64,000 nt of DNA. Origin: Pseudovirgaria hyperparasitica. Taxonomy: Eukaryota. Shown one piece after another: positions 12,822-29,127 of this stretch. The position numbers and the translations under genes were made by a program. The notes below the pieces were generated by a model. The model worked only from the letters and a program-made list of their open reading frames with translations, was not told the origin of the DNA and did no database searches. The stretch lies in assembly GCA_010093815.1 (NCBI GenBank), contig ML996584.1. One strand, given 5' to 3'. Position 1 is the first letter of the stretch; every line of letters starts with the position of its first letter.

Positions 12822-13971
12822 TCGAGCTTTTCAACAAAAAAGGACTTCGTCGCCGTGTCGTTTCTGTGCAGAGATAGCCGCACTGTAAGCGGCAGAAAGC
12901 TGAGGTCGAGTCTCAGCGACAAAGGAACAAGAATATACACAAGGTGAGAAGAGTGGAGATTTTCCCTAGGGATCGCAGAAAATATAAGAAAAGTGAGGGG
13001 AGAGTTGTAGAAATCGCGCCTGGTAACTTTTTTCTGCGGGAAAAGTTCAAGTGGGGAGAGGCAGCGCCGCGGCCGGGCACGGACGGGAGCCACCAGTCTC
13101 TGCACGTTCTACGCTAGGCTAGGATAGGAGTAATATCGGCATCTCCTTGCCTACAAATATGTTAGGCATTTATAATACCGAAACCCCCGTTCACTCTGCC
13201 ATTGGCAACATTACTCACAACGAGTTTTGAAATGTCTCACCTGGATAAGAAAATTGCGCCTCGATGATCATGAAGATCTTCTGGATATGAGACTTTGAGG
13301 ACAATCATTGACTTCGAGATTTTGGATTAGACTCCTGATGGTCAATTTTGACCATGTCTTGACTATTGTATATGATATCTTACATAAGATCCTTTTCATC
13401 CTAATCAGGGTCCATCTGCTCTGGGATTGAATTAAGCGCTTGGAGAATGATCTGGCGGAAAATTGAACGAGTTTCAAAGTCTACATAATTTCAAATGGCG
13501 GGCTAAGTAAGGCGCCGAGCTCACTTTGATAACCACATGTTTGTTGATTTTGTAGCCTTAGGCATGAACCTCGAATCGTGGTACGTGCATCGGCCAATGA
13601 CGATGGCAACCCCACAATTATGCACTTCAACACCACTGACGCGCATCATCACTTGACGACCAGCAATCTTCCGATGAAAACTTGCTAGACCAAGCCGCTT
13701 TCAAGTCACCCCCACCGTCTAGGCACTATGTAAAAGCCTCCCGTAGTCCGCTCTCATGGACATCTCCCACGGTCATCCCTCACAGATCATCTTTCTTTCT
13801 GTGTCTGCTCCCAATCGCCTTGATAAACCTCCCAAAGACTTGGACAGGTACCCGTTTATAAAGCAGCGTTCTACTGGGAGACTGTCTTCCGCATCTACAT
13901 GTGTTGAGTAGCATAAATACGTTGCCATACCCTCCACCGCCAGGTCGGCTTGCTAGACGACATCCACCATC

Positions 13972-15575
13972 ATGTCCTTCCTCTCCAAATCATGGCTGTC
14001 CAAAAAGTCCGAGGTCGTCCTCTTCTCGTCCACCGCCATTGCTCTCTATGGCTACGACCAGGGTATGATGTCTCTCATCAACACCAATGCCAATTATCTA
14101 TCAACTCTCGGAATTAGCGAAAAGTCACCTCTCGTCGGTATCATCGTCGCTGTTTATTATCTTGGTTGCTCTGTTGGTGCTGTTCTCTTCAGCTATTTCA
14201 GTGACACCTTTGGTCGCAAGAAGGGCATATTTGCATGTCTTGCAACTGCGTCACTCGGTAATCTCATCATGTTCCTCACAGGACTGGGTGGTTGGAGTAC
14301 CGGTGCAATCCACATGTTCTGGGTTGGCCGTGTAGTCATGGGCTTAGGCGTTGGGGGTATTGATAGTGTGATCCCAGTGTACTCAAGCGAGCTATCGAAT
14401 GATGAGTCACGTGGTAAAGCGCTGGCCCAAGAGTTTCAGATGAACATATTTGGTCTAAACATGGCATTCGCAATCAATTTGGGCGTCACGGTCGCTCTCG
14501 GAAAGACAAATGAATGGGCCTGGCGAATTCCGATCGTGGTCATGCAGGCCTACCCGATTCTGTTACTACTGGTAATTGAAAGACTGCCAGAGAGCCCACG
14601 GTGGTTATTGTATCACGATCGGAAAGATGAAATGTACGAGGCACTGGAAGATGTCCACGGAAAGGAAGATGGAAAGCAAAAAGCCAAAGAGTTGTTGGAG
14701 TCTCATGAAAAGGAGAAAGATATGGATGTCGGATACATTGATATGTTGACGCCCGGACACCAACAGTTCCATCCGACAGTAATTACGGTAATGGGCCAGG
14801 TAAATCAGGTGAGTATCAGTCTTGAAATCATTGAATCGTTGGCTAATGTATGCAGGCATTGACCGGTTATGGTGCTGTATCTGTATACGGTCCTCAAATC
14901 TTCGAGTTGCTTGGGTATGGAGTGCGAAGCGCCGAATATCTCACGCAAGCAAATTACCTTTCATACTTCGCGCTTATGACCTTTGCATGGCTTCTGATCG
15001 ACGCAATTGGCAGAAGGAAGCTCATGGTTGGAGGTAGCGTTGTGCTCACTGTTTGCTTCCTCCTTCTCGCGCTCTTCGGCGGCTTAGCCATGGAATCGGA
15101 CTCGATCGGTATCTCAAATGGCCCTCCAGCAGTTCTCGGCAGCATTGCCCTGTTCATTGCAACTGGTGGATTCGGAATCGGCTGGCTTGCGACAGTGTGG
15201 CTGATACCTACCGAAATCTATCCGACAACTGCACGGGCACAGGCTTCAGCCATCAGTGTTATCATCTGGGGTCTAGCAAATTTTGCTGTCACGCTGACAA
15301 CGCCAATAATGTTCAATAACTTAAAGTACTGGTTGTTCCTTGTTTTTGCTGCGACCAATGCTTTCGCTGGTATCTGGACGTACTTGTATCTGCCAGAAAG
15401 TGGAGGACGCAGTTTCGAGGAGAATCAGAAATACTTCGATGACGCTAAAGAGCAAGGGACATGGCGCGTATCGAAGATAGAGAATGGCGTATACCGGAGA
15501 TTGCCATATGGAGGTGATCTTGAAGGCGAGAGAACGCCTTTGCTACAAAGAGTTGAGGACCAACTGACGAACTGA
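13972..15575 (+). CDS. MFS sugar porter family transporter
   Basis: YGYDQG, DTFGRKK, PVYSSE, PESPRW, DAIGRR, PTEIYP and LPES motifs. Intron 14809..14855. Confidence 0.93.
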
Positions 15576-16993
15576 CGGACTGAAATGGCATGTCAGCGCG
15601 AACTGAATTGGATACTGCAATTGAAGTGACCTGGACATTAACATACTTGGCAGATTACACGAGTCTCTCGAAGTGACGCAGTGTGAACAGGATGGGAGAA
15701 CGCCACAGCCACTGGGAGGAACAGCTAAGCGCCGGGAGTGCGGTCTGTGCACACCAGGGTTTCTGCCGCCGGTCATGTCGAGGCAGCGAGACTCTTGAAA
15801 GGCATCAAGTGGGGGCCGGAGTTCTACCTGAATATGGATATCCCAAGATACATGCCTTAATCATTTGTTCATTCCTAGCATTGTATGCAAATGTCTAATG
15901 TGGTGCAGCACACGCGAAGCAGCATAAATATGAGATATTAATGCACCCATGCATCACACTAAGCGAACCCCACACTGGTACTGGACGTCGGCTCTAAACG
16001 ACAATTGCGAACTGTGTCTTCTCGGAGGAGGCGGCGAGGGCGGCGACTCCGTACATATCATTGATATGAGGTGGAGACACTGGCAGTGACCAAATTACGA
16101 GAGGACAACAGTGGGTAGTAGGATGGCTAGGCATCCAGACAGTCCTTAGCATCAGCATGATCACATATCTAGAATCCCCAGTCGTCGTAGTACCTGGAAT
16201 TAATTGGATTACCGCCAGGAATAAGATGAGAAATAGGGCTGCATAGCCTTTACATACTACTAGCAGGTAGTCTCTCGAGTGTTGGGCCCCCAATGCCGAA
16301 TGTTTTCACCGCTGAAGGTGGTAATTCGACCAATCAACAGACCCGAAACCTGTTCTCCCAAGCGCGTGGGGTGCTTTTTCCCAGGGTTGTGGCGGGGTTC
16401 AGTAGTAGTACCTGGTAGGAGTAATTTAGTAGTAGCAGCCAGCGGTAATCAGGAAGACCCCTCGCGCATAATTACCACCACCTATTTCTTCTACTAGGTA
16501 TACATACAAACATACTGACTCTCCCGCGGCCACAACTGTTATATTCATTCGCATCTGATCCAGCATATCACTTCTCTCTCTTTGCTCAGTCAACACAGCG
16601 TCCTCTGAGGAGCGTTCTCTCGACCTCTTCATCATTCTACGCTCTGCAGTTCCTGTTACGGGAGAGCTCCAAAGTGCCGCCCTCCTCCTTCACCCTCATC
16701 TCCACCCCGCTTCGCCCTCTTCTGCCTTTTCTTGACGTGTCGACCAATTTGAGGCTTCGAACTTCCACTCACTTCACACGCCTTGACCTGAGACAAGTTT
16801 ACCTTGCTGCGACTTCCTCCGTGCTTCGCATGCTCCGTCAGACTTTACCTCCGCGTCTATCGTTCCTGAGAACCTAAACAGGCCCTTGCAAAACTCGACG
16901 GGGCGCTGCTGATCATAGCTGTCCTCTGAGTCGCATCGAGATAGCACAACACACATACACTCACTCGCTCGCCTCATATACACACCAGCCAGT

Positions 16994-18541
<1,548 letters not shown>

Positions 18542-18842
18542 ACTATGAAGTTTTTTTCCTGTGCGAGAAACAAAACGGACGTGGATATGAACATTTTGAA
18601 TGCCAGAATATGGTCAGGACGGATGTTTTTATTCTTCAATCCGATTGTAGACACACACACATGTCAGATCGAGAGTGGCATTGGGTGCTGGGGCAGTAAT
18701 ATGTCAGTGATGATGATGATGATGAGTCTCTCTTCTTTATTACAGGTCGCTGGGACGTCCCGTACACACACACCTATATCTATGATATGTAGCTTGGCGG
18801 GTAACGATGTGACCCGACCCTATCGCTCCTTCCACCGATCCT

Positions 18843-19250
18843 GGCAGTCAGTCAGTCAGTCAATCAATCACGTGTGTGCAGTACTGTACTTGATGGAATT
18901 ACTACCTACCTAAACCATCCATCTCCTTTGCGAAAAAGAGTCACCGCCAAGTCAAGTAAGTAAGTAAGTAAGTAAGCAAGTAAGGAATTCAGATATGCTC
19001 TCCGTCTCCGCAGTCCAAATCACACATTAACACGCACACTCAACAACACTCACTCACTCAATCAGCAGTCAGCAATCAGCAATCAGCAACCAGCAACCAG
19101 CAATCATATTACCATCAGCTGCAAAATATCTCGCTCGCTCGCGCATTATATGGAGGAGGAGTATGTATATACATTCATTACACGGCCCGGCTCTCCATGC
19201 CCCCAAGCCCCGCTCCAAATACCATGTTATATATATATATATATATATTC
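18843..19250. repeat. Microsatellite cluster between convergent gene ends
   Basis: (CAGT)n/(CAAT)n near 18845, (AAGT)n 18953-18983, CAGCAAY heptamers ~19069-19103 and (TA)~10 at 19228-19248. Confidence 0.8.
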
Positions 19251-19507
19251 ATGCATGCTGTTCTTTCCCTCTTGTGCATGCCATTCCATGCTCTGCCATG
19301 CCATGCGATGCAAATCTGCGCTGCCAACTTTAGGTGCCGCCAATAAATTCCGCTTTAAAAAACCCCTAGAGAAACAAGAAACAATAACAAGAACGCCTTT
19401 CAAATGCCCTGCGCGCCGCCCTCTGCCCCCAACCCATCCTTACGCAACGACAAATCTATCCCGTAGGCCTTGCGGCAGTCATAATATTTCTTTTTAGAGG
19501 GCGTTGC

Positions 19508-22173
19508 TTAGTTCCTTCTTGTCGATGGCACGCCTCTATGGCCACCTCGTCTCCACGTACCATTGCCAGCCCCGATATCAATCCGGCTCATCTCCTCGCT
19601 CAGCCTTGCTAGATCGTCACCGTGTCCGAGAGGGATTTTCGCGGGGATTGGCGGCGGTTGTGGCTGTCTGTTGCCTGCATCTCTCCTCACGCCTACTGCG
19701 TATGGACTAGGACTGTACTGGGTATGGTGCCCAGCGTCTCGCAGACCGCTGTTGGGCGCGGAATTGGGGGTCCCTGACGCGCTGTATTCTCCTGGACGCG
19801 GCTTGTGCAACCGGTTGCGGCCATTCGAGTTTGGTGTAGTAGGCGCAGAGGAATCGTGGAGAACGAGGGATGAAGACATGGCACTCGATGGGGCGATATC
19901 ACTGCGACGGCCGATTCCACGGGCACCAGTGAGACGCTCACGGTCGCGAGTTGGAGTACTATTCTGCACTCCTTTCGCTTCGGGCTCAGGAGCATAGCTC
20001 TCGACTGGTAGATGGTCAGATGGGTCGATGACGCGGCCGTCGAATCCAATAATGGGACCATTGGATTCTTTGGAACCGTCCTCTGCCGAGCTTGAGGCGC
20101 CTCCAGCGATGCTCCTTGAAGACCCTGGCGTGTTCGGGTTAAACGCATCGAAGTCGTCTGGGCCAAAAGGAACGGCAGAAAGCCGTCGCTCACGATCAGT
20201 CGGCGGTTGTGGAGACACCGACTTCCTAGGAACCATGTTTCGAGAGTTATTGCGGCCTGTGCGTGGATCACTCGGAATTCCAGGACTCACAGCTCGAGGT
20301 TTGATCATTGGTGGGACTTCTGTAGGAAGGTATTGAGTATTAGTGGGAGAGGCGCTATAGTGAGATCGCTGTCCTGAAGGTTCTTCGTGGGCGAAGGAAT
20401 ATGATGGTGGAGTCTGGTAGGCCATGTTCGGGGGCGTTTGGTAGTCCTGTGGAGAAACATGCTGCTGCTGATGCAGAGGTGTGTCATGTGTCATCGACTG
20501 ATAAGGCTGGATCTGAGGAGAGACACTTGGAGTCAGGCCTCGAATGCTCATCCTTTTGTCTTGCCTTGCTCGATTACCAGCCGGCACTAAGCTTGAAGGA
20601 AGTTCATTCCGCAATGGCGAGGGTTGCGATGTGTCACGTGACACGGGGCGCTCGCGAGGCTGTGTATAGCGCCGTTCGTATGGAGAATTCCCATTGTAGT
20701 CGCTGTTGTGAGAAGACATTGTGCCATATGGATCCCGTTGCATGTCGTCACGGCTGGTTGATAGTCGAAGTGGTGCTGGTGCCATTTCGGCATGATAATC
20801 GGGAGCGTACTGCTGCTGCTCAGCTTGATAGATTGCAGGTGCGCTGCTTCTGTGTACCGGAGGGGGCGGCGGTACATCGAGCTCATCTTCGACGGTAGGC
20901 TGCATGTGTTGTCTTGCGTCTTCCGAGTTATAGAAAGGATTCTGCTGGGTAATTTCCTCGTAGCCTTTGCTCCAGTTGGGTATTTCCGGTTCTGGTTCAT
21001 GCTGGTATAATGGGCTCTGATGACGATTGTGTGGGCTGTGATACTCGTCAGCTGGAGTTGAGCCCTGACGATGAGTGTAGTCTTCGGAGTGTGCGTGATT
21101 CAAGCTTCTCCTCTCATGGACAGTGGGGACCGTAGGCGCAGAGTTGGCATGTGGTAGGTCCATGTAGCTCTGTGGACGTGTGGAATGTGCCGGTAGAGCA
21201 TGCGTTGCGTCGACCGGCTGTGCTACATACATATCACGGCCATGGCTCCGCTGTGAAGGTCTGTATGACTGTTGTGTTTCACTGGGCATATGTAGGTCTG
21301 GCTGGCTGCTATGCACGGCATGGTGAGCTCGAGGACTGGCAGCAAGCTCTGGTAGCTGTCGATTGTTCTCTGTCTGCTCGTAGAAGGTATGGCGCTTTGG
21401 TGCAGGAACTGTGTCAGGGAGAGCATAGTGAGATTGTGGTCGTGGTGCGGATGGTAGGCCTCGGGGACCGTTCTGTGGTGACGGGACCGGGCGCTCAATC
21501 GACCCAGAGGGCGAAGGAGTACCAGTAACAGGGTTCGCTGGCAAAGGTCTTCGTTTTACAGGTGCAGCATCTCGAGGTCCATTCATTGGAGCGCCTTGGC
21601 GCTCTGCTGCTGCGTTCCTCATGGCCTCTCGCCTAGGTTGTACAACCTTCTCCGGCTTTGGGCGAGTGTCATAGTAGGTGAGCTCAATGCGAATTTCGCC
21701 AGCATAGCGGCCCTTGCAATTCAAGCCATGCCATATATCACTCTTTCCACCGCCTGGTATAATGACGTCTCCTAGACTGACGAATGTTTCACCAATCAAT
21801 TCCGTCTTCTTGTCATCATTGAATATTGAGACTTTGAGGGTCTGGTAGTCGATGGAATCGTGTACGGTGAAGCGGAGTTCCTGGTCCCTGGCTATCATCA
21901 GTACACAGGACTTTAGGCTTTTACGCAAGCGACTTACCATCTTGGTGTCTGACCTCCTCGTCTATCCGTGTTTGTCTTCTTCGCTTCTTTTCCAAGTCTG
22001 GCAGCACAATACGGGTCTTGTTTTCCCATACTCCTTCTGTTTGGTAGATTCTTAGCCCGATCAAAGACAGCAACAAGCGTCCCAATTTCAGGCCCGTCCA
22101 CTGTCATATCAGCGTAAATTCCAGAGGTGTGAGCTCCGCCCATGGGACTGGGCTTCGCTAAGCGAGTCGCCAT
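19508..22173 (-). CDS. C2-domain cytokinesis ingression protein, Inn1/Fic1-like
   Basis: N-terminal C2 domain (RAKNLPNRRSMGKQDPYC..GGQTPRWDQELRF, spliced across intron 21888..21937) followed by a long PxxP-rich disordered tail. Confidence 0.85.
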
Positions 22174-23898
22174 TGTCTAAGATGTGTGGAGATTGGGAAC
22201 GATTGACGATTGCTAGTATAGGAAGCACGATTCCAAGTCCTGGATTGCGTCTTTAAGGAATAATATGGCAGGCGAAGGAGCGGAGACGCGGGGTCTGCGT
22301 CTGAAGACGATGTCTAGCACCAAGTTGGTGTCATGAGAGGACTTGAACAGCAAGGAGGAGTTTGAATTGGGACTGGCGAGAGAGTCGTGATAGATTAAGG
22401 CCAGGGTATATGCAGGACCCAAATAGATAGCGGCGAGTAGCAGACGCAGAAGAGAAGTAGAAGCAGAAGCAGAAGTGCGTAAGTAGCTGGAGGGAAGCAC
22501 AACAGAATGAATGGGTAGTAGTACTACTATTACAAGCATACAAGACACCACAAGACAGGTTCGCGGCTATGGTGGCTGGCGCACCAGGAACAAGCCGCTA
22601 AATTGCTGGGGCTGGTTAGCGTCGAACGAGAAGGCTGGGCTGACGAGTTTTGGTTGTCCGTGCCGCCTAAAAAGAAGTGAGAACACGGGGAGCAAGGGCC
22701 CCCTAGCAGGGCACCGAGGCAGCTAATTTGGGCTTCTGGTGGGGCGTGTAGGCAGCTAATTTTGGGCGACTGGTGGGGCGTCGTCCCTTGTTCTTCATCG
22801 CCCCACCATCGTAGGTTGACCTGGATGATTGTGATGTATAAGGTATTATGACATCTAGGCGCATATCCATAGGTAATCAAGTGTATACCTCAAGAATGTA
22901 GAGACCCAAGAGAGCAGCATGTCTCGTCTCATCTCTATCCAAGCTGGACTGCTTAGCATTCATTGCGTGCACATACATCCCCTCCGACAAGGTCTCACCC
23001 TGTTCCGGAACGCGAACATCTATCTACAACCAAGGTTTGAATGAATGTTTGCTACGGTGATTGCTTTATTGTTTACCTGCCACCACAATCAATACACACT
23101 GTACGTGCATTTGTGTACCAATGTAACACCTAGCTGTTACTTGATTCTTCATCTTTATTGATTGCTTTTCTGTCTGGTGTCCATCTGGTGCACCATGTCA
23201 AGTTGTCAACATGTGATGTCAGCCTTGTCAATCTGTTGGAAAACAGTGTTGTGGCGCAGCAGACGAGAATACTCATTATATTATGTATATCTGCATGTTT
23301 CCGATGCGTTTCTGTCTTTCTATTCACCGATGTTTCAGACCGTCTGTCATCTGGCGAACAGCATGCGCTTGTTGTATGTTCCTGGACCCACAAGCAACCC
23401 AATCGACGGATGGAACGCAATCCCATACACTTGCAGCCACTATGAGAACCGTGCCACCAACCACCTAATTAAGTGCTGTCAACATGTCTCGTTCACTTCC
23501 AGACTTTCACACAATCGCGTCAACATGTCCCGCAACAGCGTCCGAAGCTTGATTTCGTTCCGATTAGGGACGATTTCCATGTATCAGCATCATCAACCAC
23601 CTCGGCTCTTCTCCACCTAAATTCGATCCGAGCATGGATTGGCGTCCGCGTCGGCGTCATTCTTGCTTCAGTATTGAATTCTCGCTCTGGCGCAACCCAG
23701 TCTGTCTCCACCTGCATCATGCTGCCCACTCGACCTGGTTCAGAGACGAATCCTAGTTCGTCACAATGTCAAGTTCCTACTACCCCAACGAAACACTCCT
23801 CCCATCTACCTCAGTCGCTGTTTGACATTGCTGTCGTTGGCACTGTGTTCCCGTTGATGACCGCGCCAGAGTTTCTGTACAGATTCACATCCAGCACA

Positions 23899-24888
23899 AT
23901 GTTTGGCGGAAAGAGCTTTGAGCCTGAGCGTGATATTCCGGACCTGTCAGGCAAGGTCATACTGGTGACTGGAGGTACCACTAAACAACTATACTTTCCT
24001 GGCACACAACACACAGGCTGACTTGTGATAGGCAATACCGGCCTAGGACAGGAAGCCATCCTTCAACTGGCAAAACACAAGCCGGCACACATCTACATGG
24101 GCGCGCGCACCGCATCCAAAGCCGAACAGGCCATCAAGGAAATCAAAGCTGTCGTACCCGACGCTCCCGTCTCTCATATCCCGCTCGACTTGACCTCGTT
24201 CGAATCCATATCTGCGTGCGCGAAACAATTCAACGAGAAAGAGTCCAGACTAGACATCCTCTACAACAATGCTGGGATTATGGCAACGCCCATGGGCCTC
24301 ACAAAAGAAGGCTACGAGATCCAATTCGGAACAAACCACATGGGCCACTTCCTATTGACCAGGCTGCTCCTGCCCAAGATGGAGAAAACCGCAGACGAGC
24401 CGAACGCGGATGTGCGCATAGTGAATGTCTCGTCCGAGGGCCATCGGTTCGCTCCAAACGGCCATCTCGTCACCGACGCAGAATCCCTCGGACAGATGAT
24501 GACTTGGCGGCGCTACGGCATGTCGAAGCTCGCAAACATCCTTCACGCGCGTGAGCTTGCGAGAAGATATCCGAAAATCACCGCCGTGTCCATCCACCCA
24601 GGCGTCATCAAGACCAACCTCTACACACCCATGTCCGAGACAAATTTCATTCTGAAGTTTAGCACGGCTATTTTTGGTGCTGTCGCACGCGTTGCTCTTC
24701 CTGATGTCCCCGCTGGTGCCAAGAATCAGCTTTGGGCCGGGACGTGTCCCAAGTCGGAGGTGAGGAGTGGTGCCTACTATACCCCGATTGGCAAGGAGAA
24801 GCAGAAGGGCTGGGTTGACTGGAGCGACGACTTGGCCAGGAAGCTGTGGGATTATTCGGAGGCAGAGGTCCAACAAAAAGGGTACTGA
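23899..24888 (+). CDS. Short-chain dehydrogenase/reductase (retinol dehydrogenase-like)
   Basis: TGGNTGLG formed across intron 23974..24030. NNAG, FGTNHMGHF, YGMSK (YxxxK), HPG. Confidence 0.92.
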
Positions 24889-25206
24889 TTTCGTGATATC
24901 CATCAAACGGCTTTATACCCGGAAGTCCACTTTATGGCACCGCATCATATAAGCACCGTGACGAACAAGCTTCCGCAATATTCCAACTTCATCACTGGGT
25001 ATAGGGACTGGCCTGACATGTCCGTCGTGTAAAACAACATGCCATTCCTCACGTATATGCTATGCCATACGGTAGTGGTATGCACGCATATCCAGCACGT
25101 TGCCTTCACATATACAGCACATGTTCGAAGAGATACCATCCATCCTCTTCGCAATGGCCACAATGCCCACTATAACTCCACCACAACCCAAGTCGTGTAC
25201 TATCCA

Positions 25207-28058
25207 TCACACCACATCCCACCGCGCAAGCCTACCCACCATCTGCCCCGCATTCCGCACAATACACAGACGGCCCTCCTTTTCCCTGTCCCTTTCTCTT
25301 CCCCCTTCCCTTTCCACAACATCAGCAGCTCCCTCCTCCCCCTCCTCACTACCCAGCGGCAAAACCCTCGATACCAGCACCGACCCAATCGCCGTCGCCT
25401 TGCCCTCGCACAGATTATAATTCCCCGTCGTCACGAAGCCTATCAGATCGACGGCGTCCGGCACGGCGGGATATTCTTCACCGTCACCGGGTCGGGTCTG
25501 CTGCTCGGTAAGGAGAACATGTGCCAGTCTAGCGCGGCGCTCATGGGCCGGTGCGTTTTGAGGCAGTGCGGCGATGTGGCGGTGGATTCTGTCGGTTTTT
25601 GCCTGGACGTCATGTCTGTGTCAGCTATTGTGCAAAATATAGGGTTTGCCCAGGGAGAGGGGGTTGGTATAGATATATATATATATATATATGTACCTTT
25701 TTCCTACTACTACCGGGCGAATCAGGAACCAGTTTCAGCCAGGACTGTCGGAGCTGGGGGTTCGTGGTGGGGAGACGGTATATGCGCGCGCAGGCGGTTG
25801 CGGAGCCGCGGGCGAGGAGGGTGAGGGTTACTGTGCAGAGGGAGGTGGTGAGGTTGGGGGCTGTGGGCGATGTGGTGGGGAGGGTGTGGGTTGGGATGTG
25901 GCGGAATTGTTTGGGGGGTTCAGCGGGTTCTTCTTCTGGAGATGGGGGAGGTTAGTGAGAGTTTTGGTTGGCTTTTATAGGCGATGGGAAGAAGGAGTGC
26001 GGTCCAGACGAAGGGAAACTTACCAGTCGAGTCCTGCGGCGGCGGCGGCCGACGCAGCGCGTCCCAATCGCACGCCCATCCAACTCCCACCTCGCCCTTC
26101 CTGCCTCGCCCTAGATCGAGCGTACTCCACTCGACACGCTTCCCCTTCGGCATGCGCGCCCACTCCCGCTGCCTCTTCTCGTCTTCAGCCCTCTGCCACG
26201 TATCCCCCGCCGCCGTGCCCGGATAATCGCCAGGGAACCAGGGCGTGCCGGATTCAAAGGCGAGCTGGCGCACCTCGTCCAGGCCGCCGAAGCGGGGGTT
26301 GCCGCCGGTCGAGACGGGGTAGTGCATGAGGGAGTACCAGATTGGCAGGATGCATTTCCAGGGGGCGAGGAGGGTCCAGCTGCCTTGGCCGTTGTGGGTT
26401 GGGTTTCGTCGGGTGAAGAGGAGGATGGGGATTTTGGGGTCGGTGGGTAAGGGGGTTGGGTGGGTGGTGTGGTGCTTGAGGGTGGATTTGCGGCGGTTGA
26501 TGGATTTCTGGCTTGGGAGGGAGCGGGTTGCGGTTGTGCGGGCGGATCGTGAGAAGAGGGCTGAGGCGGGGGGTGGAGATGTGTCGAGGGGCCAGGTTGT
26601 GAGTAGGTCTAGCATTTCTGCTTCGCTGGGACAGGAGCTCGAGGACGGGGTACGTCGTGGAGGGTGGTGTAGTCTGGGGTCTGCGGCGGCGAATGATATG
26701 ATGACGTCTTTGGGTAGACTGGCGCAGTTGTTCAGGCTGGACAGCTTCGGCCATGTAGCATCTGCTGATGATGGCGCCTGGGCATTCAGGGGCGTTGGCC
26801 ACAAGACCGCTGTGAGAGCCTCTGTGGCAGCCGGGCCCGTAATCTCGATACTTCCAATCTCGAATCTGAGATCCTCGACGGCTACGGAGGGCTTCTGGAC
26901 CTTTGAAAGACGGACAATCTGTTCCCAGGCTTGGAAGAAGCCAGCTGGATGTACTCGGACGAAGACCTTGCGTTTCGCGGCGGCTGCTTGGGCTGGAACG
27001 TCACTTTGGGGTGGCAGCGTGGCATTCTTGTCTGGTGCTGCGGGACACCATAAGATGGTTGTAGGTGCTATGGCATCGTAGGGGTATGCTTCTCGCTCGT
27101 AAAGCCAGCCATGCCACGCGCGCAGTCCTGCTCTCCATTTACGCCCGGGTCTGCCCCATATTGACTCGCGTTCGCCGACGCCGAGAGCACGGAGGAGGTT
27201 CTTGATGCTTGCCTCAACGCCTTCGAGGCTGATGGTCGCCATGTAGCTCATGTCCCATGCTACGGCTCCGCGTAACGTGCTGGCTCGGTGTGTAGGTCTA
27301 TAGCTTTTGACGGACGGGGACAGTGGGATGGCGTAGCGCCACAGAGGTTCCTTCGGATTCGTCATTCGCGCACGTTTCGTATGATACATATGCGTAGGCA
27401 GCCATGACTTGTTTATCTGCCGTTTGCGGAACTTCGCCGGTGGTGTCGGCGGCTTCGCAACAACCGCGGTCTTCTTCACTCTTGGCTTACGAACGTTGAT
27501 ATTTTTCGGGTTCTTGGGACTCCCTTCTCCTGTTGCCGCTGTTGCTTCACCAGCATCATCTACTATAGCAGTGACCTTGACCTCGAGCGCTATATCTGCC
27601 TTTTTCCCCGTGCTCTTGCCCAGCCCATGTAACTTCCGCGCCGTATCCAGCCTCAATCGCGCCCGACCACTCTTCTTCCTCGTCCTCGAGCTCACCGTAG
27701 GCGTATTATCCTCCACCATCTCACGCATCGCCCGCCCGCGCAGCCTACCCGGAACCCGCTTCGCATTATGGCTAGCCTGCCGTCTGCGCAACTCCCGCGG
27801 CACTTCCTGGAACGCCCGACTGCTCAGCGCCTTCTTGGACCGCTGGATGCCTTCTTCGAGCGCTCTGATCTCGAACTCGCGCGCTTTGACGAAGCTGGAG
27901 AGGTCGATTTCGCCGTTGAACGCGCTCGACGAGGTCTGCGCGGCGAGTTTGCGGTCGGAGAGCGTTTTCTGGCGTTTTGCGTTGGGCGCGTGCGGTTGGG
28001 AGGATGCGGATGAGTGCGGTGGCGGCGGGCGCTTCTTGGTCGATGATTTCGCCGCCAT
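25207..28058 (-). CDS. POP1: RNase P/MRP protein subunit POP1
   Basis: RAFQEVPRELRRRQASHNAKRVP, WLPTHMYHTKRARM, AWDMSY, FESGTPWFPGDYP, ARIYRLP and LIGFVTTGNYNL motifs. Introns ~25936..26023 and 25616..25696. Confidence 0.93.
25673..25692. repeat. (AT)n microsatellite inside POP1 intron
   Basis: About 10 AT units next to the intron donor. Confidence 0.85.
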
Positions 28059-29127
28059 GGCGTGTGTGAGGTGAGGCTCGTGGGCTGTGCATCTATCTGT
28101 TTGGGATATCTGGTGCGGCGGTCGAACATTCATGGAGTCGGAGAGTGGGTAGGGTCGGGTAAAACGCGGTCCTAACGCGCTGTCACGGGCGTCTTAAAGT
28201 GTATTTTCTGTTGGTCGCATAAACACGAAACGAAACCTTTTAATACTTAGGCACCTCCGGATCTCGGATCTAAAAGTGCCTTCTTGGACTCTATGTATGG
28301 CGAGGGCGTGCCTAATGACCAGGCACTATGATTCGACGCTTGTCAGCTATATGAACTTTTCTGAGCTGCACTGGTCCATGGCAGCGGCCATGCCTTGAGG
28401 TAGACAATCAAGGGAATCAGACTCACTGCATTGATGATTAGCCCAGCAGCTTCGTCCAGACCATCTTCGACTAGGCGTTCGTCGGCACGGGACGTGCGAT
28501 GTTGATTATGATCATTCAGCATGCACCCTACGAGCATCACAAGCTCACACTTCGAGTCGAGTACGGCATCTCCAATACTACCCCTGAAGGGCTATGGCGG
28601 CAGCCTTTCGAGTAGTCGAGCTATAGTTCTAGTCTACCAAGGTGGTGGCTGATGAAAGGTAGCTGTCGCTCGAATCGATGCCCATGAGTCGCCTTAAAAC
28701 ATGAGTCTGTCTCCAGGTCGGACACAAATGTTCATGCAGGCGCTATCATAGCAGACATCTGCCACTTCACGAATGCGTATGAACACTCCATGGATTGTGT
28801 CGATTACATGGAAACGTAACTGGAAGTGCGTTGGTTGCAGAGAAAACGCATTCCTGAAGACGACGAGTCAACCATCTAGCAATTACTTTCTTCCCCAGAC
28901 TAAAAAACCGGAGTCCGTACGAAAGCTATGAGAGACCTGAAAGATTCTCATAGGTCGCGTTTTGGCACTGATAAATTAAACACATCGAAAGACGATGACA
29001 TACTTGAAGCAAGGTGAAAATTCTACAACGTCAACTACGTCCTCCAGACTTGTCGTTACATATTATACACAATTTGCTAGGCATCAGGCATTGATACACT
29101 CCTTAATATGACTGTGTCACTATCTGC

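Noticed and set aside
25039..28074. Several 200-260 aa + strand ORFs
   Set aside because: Antisense shadows of POP1 in skewed, stop-poor sequence.
28200..29100. Possible pseudogene or RNase P/MRP RNA next to POP1
   Set aside because: Only short stop-interrupted frames, and no conserved RNA motifs that I can recognise.
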